Shown here one piece after another: positions 60,090 to 64,000 of a DNA stretch of 64,000 bases (position 1 is the stretch's first letter; each line of letters begins with the position of its first letter). Position numbers and translations under genes: made by a program. The DNA is taken from assembly GCA_030390025.1 (NCBI GenBank), contig CM059432.1, forward strand, positions 152,832,001 to 152,896,000, given 5' to 3'. The DNA comes from Squalus acanthias. Its lineage: Eukaryota. The notes below the pieces were generated by a model. It saw only the letters and a program-made list of their open reading frames with translations. It had not been told where the DNA came from and did not search any database.

Positions 60090-63000
60090 TAACATAGGAA
60101 TAGGAGGAGGCCATTCAGCCCCTCGAGCCTGTTCCGTCATTCAATGAGATCATGGCTGATCTGCGACCTAACTTCATATCCCCGCCTTTGGCCCATATCC
60201 CTGAATACCTTTAGTTAACAAAAAGCTATCAATCTCCGATTTAAAATTAACAATTGATCTAACATCAATTGCCGTTTGCGGAAGAGAGTTCCAAACTTCT
60301 ACCACCCGTTTGTGTGTCGAAGTGTTTCCTAATTTCAGGTGGCTGTAATTTTTAGACTATGTCCCCTAGTCCTAGACTCCCCAACCAGCGGAAATAGTTT
60401 CTCTCTATCTACCCTATCTGTTCCCCTTAGTATCTTAAAAACTTCGATCAGATCACCCCTTAACCTTCTAAATTCTAGGGAATAAAACCCTAATTTGTGT
60501 AATCTCTCCTCGTAATTTAATCCTTGGAGTCCGGGTATCATTCTGGTAAACCTACGCTGCACTCCCTCCAAGGCCAATATATCCTTCCTAAGGTGTGGTG
60601 CCCAGAACTGCTCACAGTGCTCCAGGTGTGGTCTAACCAGGGTTTTGTATAGCTGCAGCATAACTTCTACCCCACTGTATTCTAGTCCTCTAGATATAAA
60701 GGCCAGCATTCCATTAGCCTTTTAAATTATTTTCTGTATCTGTTCATGACATTTTAATGATCTATGTACCTGGACCCCCAAGACTCTTTGGACATCCACT
60801 GTTTTTAGCTTTTCACCATTTAGAAAGTACCCTGTTCTATCCTTTTTAGGTCCAAAGTGGATGACCTCATATTTGCTTACATTGAAATCCATTTGCCACA
60901 GTTTTGCCCATTCACTTAATCTGTCGATATCCCTTTGTAATTTTATGCTTTCATCTACAATGCCGCCTATCTTTGTGTCATCGGAAAATTTGGATATGTG
61001 GCTTTCTATCCCATCATCTAAGTCATTAATAAATTCTGTGAAAAGTTGAGGCCCCAACACAGATCCCTGCGGGACACCACTAGTCACATCCTGCCAATTT
61101 GAGTACCTACCCATTATCCCTACTGTCTCCTGCCGCTCAGCCAATTTCTAACTAGGTCAATAATTTGCCCTCAATTCCGTGGGCTTCTACCTTATTTAAC
61201 AGTCTCTTCTGTGGGACTTTATCAAATGCCTTCTGGAAGTCCCTATAAATAACATCCATAGACATTCCCCTGTCCACTACTTTAGTCACTTCCTCAAAAA
61301 ATTCAATCAGGTTTGTCAGGCATGACCTACCTTTCACAAATCCATGCTGGCTCTCTCTAATCAACTGAAAATTTTCGAGGTGTTCAGTCACCCTATCCTT
61401 AATCATAGACTCTAGCAATTTCCCGACAACAGATGTTAGGCTAACCTGGTCTATAATTCCCTGGTTTCCCTCTCTCGCCATTCTTAAATAGTGGAGTGAC
61501 ATGCGCAATTTTCCAATCTAAAGGAACGGTTCCTGAATCGAGAGAACTTTGGTAGATTATAGTTAGGGCATCTGCAATGAGCTCACCTACTTCATTTAAA
61601 CCCTGGGATGGAAACCATCTGGCCCTGGGGATTTGTCACTCTTTAGTCCCATTATTTTCTTTATTACTGTTATTTTACTTATGTTAATTTTGTTGAGTCC
61701 CTGTCCCTGATTTAATATTAGTTTCCTTGGGATTTCTGGCATGTTATCCTCTTCCTCTACTGTAAATACTGACGCAAAGTAATTATTCAACATGTCTGCC
61801 ATTTCCTTATTATCATTGACAATATCACCACTTCCAGTGTTTGAGGGGCCAACATTGCTCCTGACCACCCTCTTTTCCTAATGTAATTGTAAAAATTCTT
61901 TTGATATCTTGCAAGTTTCTTTTCATACTCCCTTTTTGTAGCTCTTACTGTCTGTTTCATGACCCTTTGCTGTTCTTTGTATCTTTCCCATTCGCCAGGA
62001 TCTGTGCTATTTTTTTGCATTTTTATATGCTTTTTCTTTTAGTTTTTTGCTGTCCTTTAACTCTTTAGTCATCCATGGATTTTTTTTTCGGCAAGTAGAG
62101 CTCTTGCCCCTCAGGGGTATAAACTGGTTCTGTATCATGTTAAATTCTTTATTGAACATCTCCCACTGATCTTCTGTTGTTTTACCCATTAACAGATTTG
62201 CCCAGTTTACTGTGGACAGTCTCTGCCTCATCCCATTGAAGTCGGCCTTACTCAAATCTAGAATCTTAATAGCTGTTTCGTGTTTCTCCCTTTCAAACGC
62301 TACATTGAACATGTTATGATCGCTATTGGATAAATGTTCATGCAGTTAGGCTGTTAACTAAATCTGGCACATTACTCATTACTAAATCTAATATGGCTTG
62401 CCCCCTTGTTGCCTCTAGGACATATTGTTGTAGAAAACTATCCCGGACACATTCAAGAAATTCACTACCTTTCCGACAGGTGCTAGTCTGCTTATCTCAA
62501 TCTATATGACAGTTAAAATCCCCCATTAAAACCACTCTGCCTTTACTACACGCTTGTCTAATCTCCGCATTTATACAATCTAGCACTTCACAGCTGTTAC
62601 CAGGGGGCCTATACACAATTCCCACTACAGTCTTAAAATCTTTCCTATTTCTTAATTCTACCCATAAAGTCTCCACTGGCTGTTTACCTCTCATTATATT
62701 CTCTCTTATCATTGAAGTGATTTCATCCTTAATCACTGAGGCTACTCCTCCCCCTCTGCCATTTTCCCTATCAGTCCTGTAGACCTTATAACCTGGTATA
62801 TTTAGTTCCCAGTCCTGACTGTCTTGCAGCCATGTCTCAGTAATGGCTACCATGTCATACCCTCCAATTTGAATTCACGCCTGCAGTTCATTCAATTTAT
62901 TCCTTATACTCCGAGCGTTTGTATAAAGAACGCTTATTTGGGCCACACTCCCTAGCCTGTCCTTCGGCTCTAATGTTTTATTCACTTGTTTCTTATTTCT

Positions 63001-63503
63001 CTCTCCTGGTTTAATCACTTTACATCTTTTAGTTTTCCCTTTACCTGTAGTGCCTAAAGCACAATTTCTAGTTGTTACTCTACTCTCTTCCCTTTCGTTT
63101 GTTTTTGAACTATTATTTGTTCTACAATTTCCCCCTGAGCCCCCCCCCCCCCATTTACGAGTTTAAAGTCCTTGTGACTGCCCTATTTATCCTTTCCACT
63201 CGGACCCCGGTACAGGCGGAGCCCGTCCCAACGGTACAGTTCCCTCCTGTCCCAATATTGGTGCCAGTGCCCTATGAAATGGAACCCCTCTTTCCCACAC
63301 TACTCCTTTAGCCACGTGTTCACTTCCCTAATCAGCTTATCCCTACGCCAATTTGCACGTGGCTCAGGTAATAATCCAGAGAGTATAACCCTTGAGGTCC
63401 TGTTCTTTAATTTAGCTCCTAGTTCCTAGTACTCCCCAAACAGGACCTCTTGCCTTCTCTTCCCTATGTTGTTGGTCCCAACATGGACCACAACGACTGG
63501 ATC
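60090..63503 (-). mobile_element. Long CR1 LINE (ORF1 C-terminus and nearly all of ORF2), many frameshifts
   Basis: [75 protein letters not shown]; 3'UTR ending at ~60090. Confidence 0.93.
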
Positions 63504-63861
63504 GGTATGTGGCTCGGTGTCAAATTTTGTTTGATAACGCTTCTGTGAAGCGTCTTGGGACATTTCACTCGTTAAAGACGCTATATAAATGCAAGTTGTT
63601 GTTGTTATTGATCACCCCTATTCTGGCATGAGGTCAGAGCAGTGATCAGATCACATCACTAATCCTTGTTTATGTTGGTGTCTGAATTTCATTCATTATA
63701 CACAATTGGCTCTGCCATGGGCTGTGCCTTGAGGGACAATTCTTGCCCCTTATTGCCATGTATTTTTATAAAGGTTTTGAGATATGTCCACCACACTTCA
63801 GCTCCCAGAGTCTGTTGCACATACAAATTTCTACATTGCACTTTAAACAGAAAGTCAATTA

Positions 63862-63961
63862 TTTGACGAAGGGTCATCGACCTGAAACGTTAATTCTTGT
63901 CTCTCTCTCCACAGGTGCTGCCTGACCTGCTGAGTATTTCCAGCATTTTCTGTTTTTATTT
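63862..63961 (+). mobile_element. Solo Penelope pLTR with a degenerate hammerhead core
   Basis: tTGACGA-A-GGGTC-atc-GACCT-GAAACGTT followed by ctctctctccacaggtgctgcctgacctgctgagtatttccagcattttctg; the first core C is replaced by T. Confidence 0.8.
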
Positions 63962-64000
63962 CAATTATTTAATGTTGGTTTCCTCCCTTCTGGAGGAGCC

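Overview
Eukaryotic (vertebrate) genomic DNA. The repeat content (CR1, Deu-domain SINEs, Penelope, Harbinger) suggests a cartilaginous fish; that taxon call is inference. The only host gene is the 3' half of GLI3 on the + strand. Five GT-AG coding exons (22923-23072, 29797-29961, 40471-40740, 47473-47800, 49732-52109) encode the end of ZF1, ZF2-ZF5, six PKA sites and the C-terminal activator. A ~1.35 kb 3'UTR follows, with AATAAA at 53448. Introns and downstream DNA are filled with nested mobile elements: many CR1 LINEs, a near-full-length RTE, a Penelope-like GIY-YIG element, Deu-domain tRNA SINEs, and PIF/Harbinger remnants and MITEs. A ~6 kb array of a 20-bp unit (GAGAGAGAGACTCACCCCCC) runs into a 200-N gap. 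I found no convincing new multi-gene system. The best second-look items are (i) a minimal type-I hammerhead ribozyme motif in the Penelope terminal repeat, plus two degenerate or inverted copies, and (ii) the intronic minisatellite, which is stop-free on the sense strand and carries a GTGAGT donor consensus and a G6 run in every antisense unit. Repeat boundaries were read by eye and are approximate unless a TSD or TIR is quoted.
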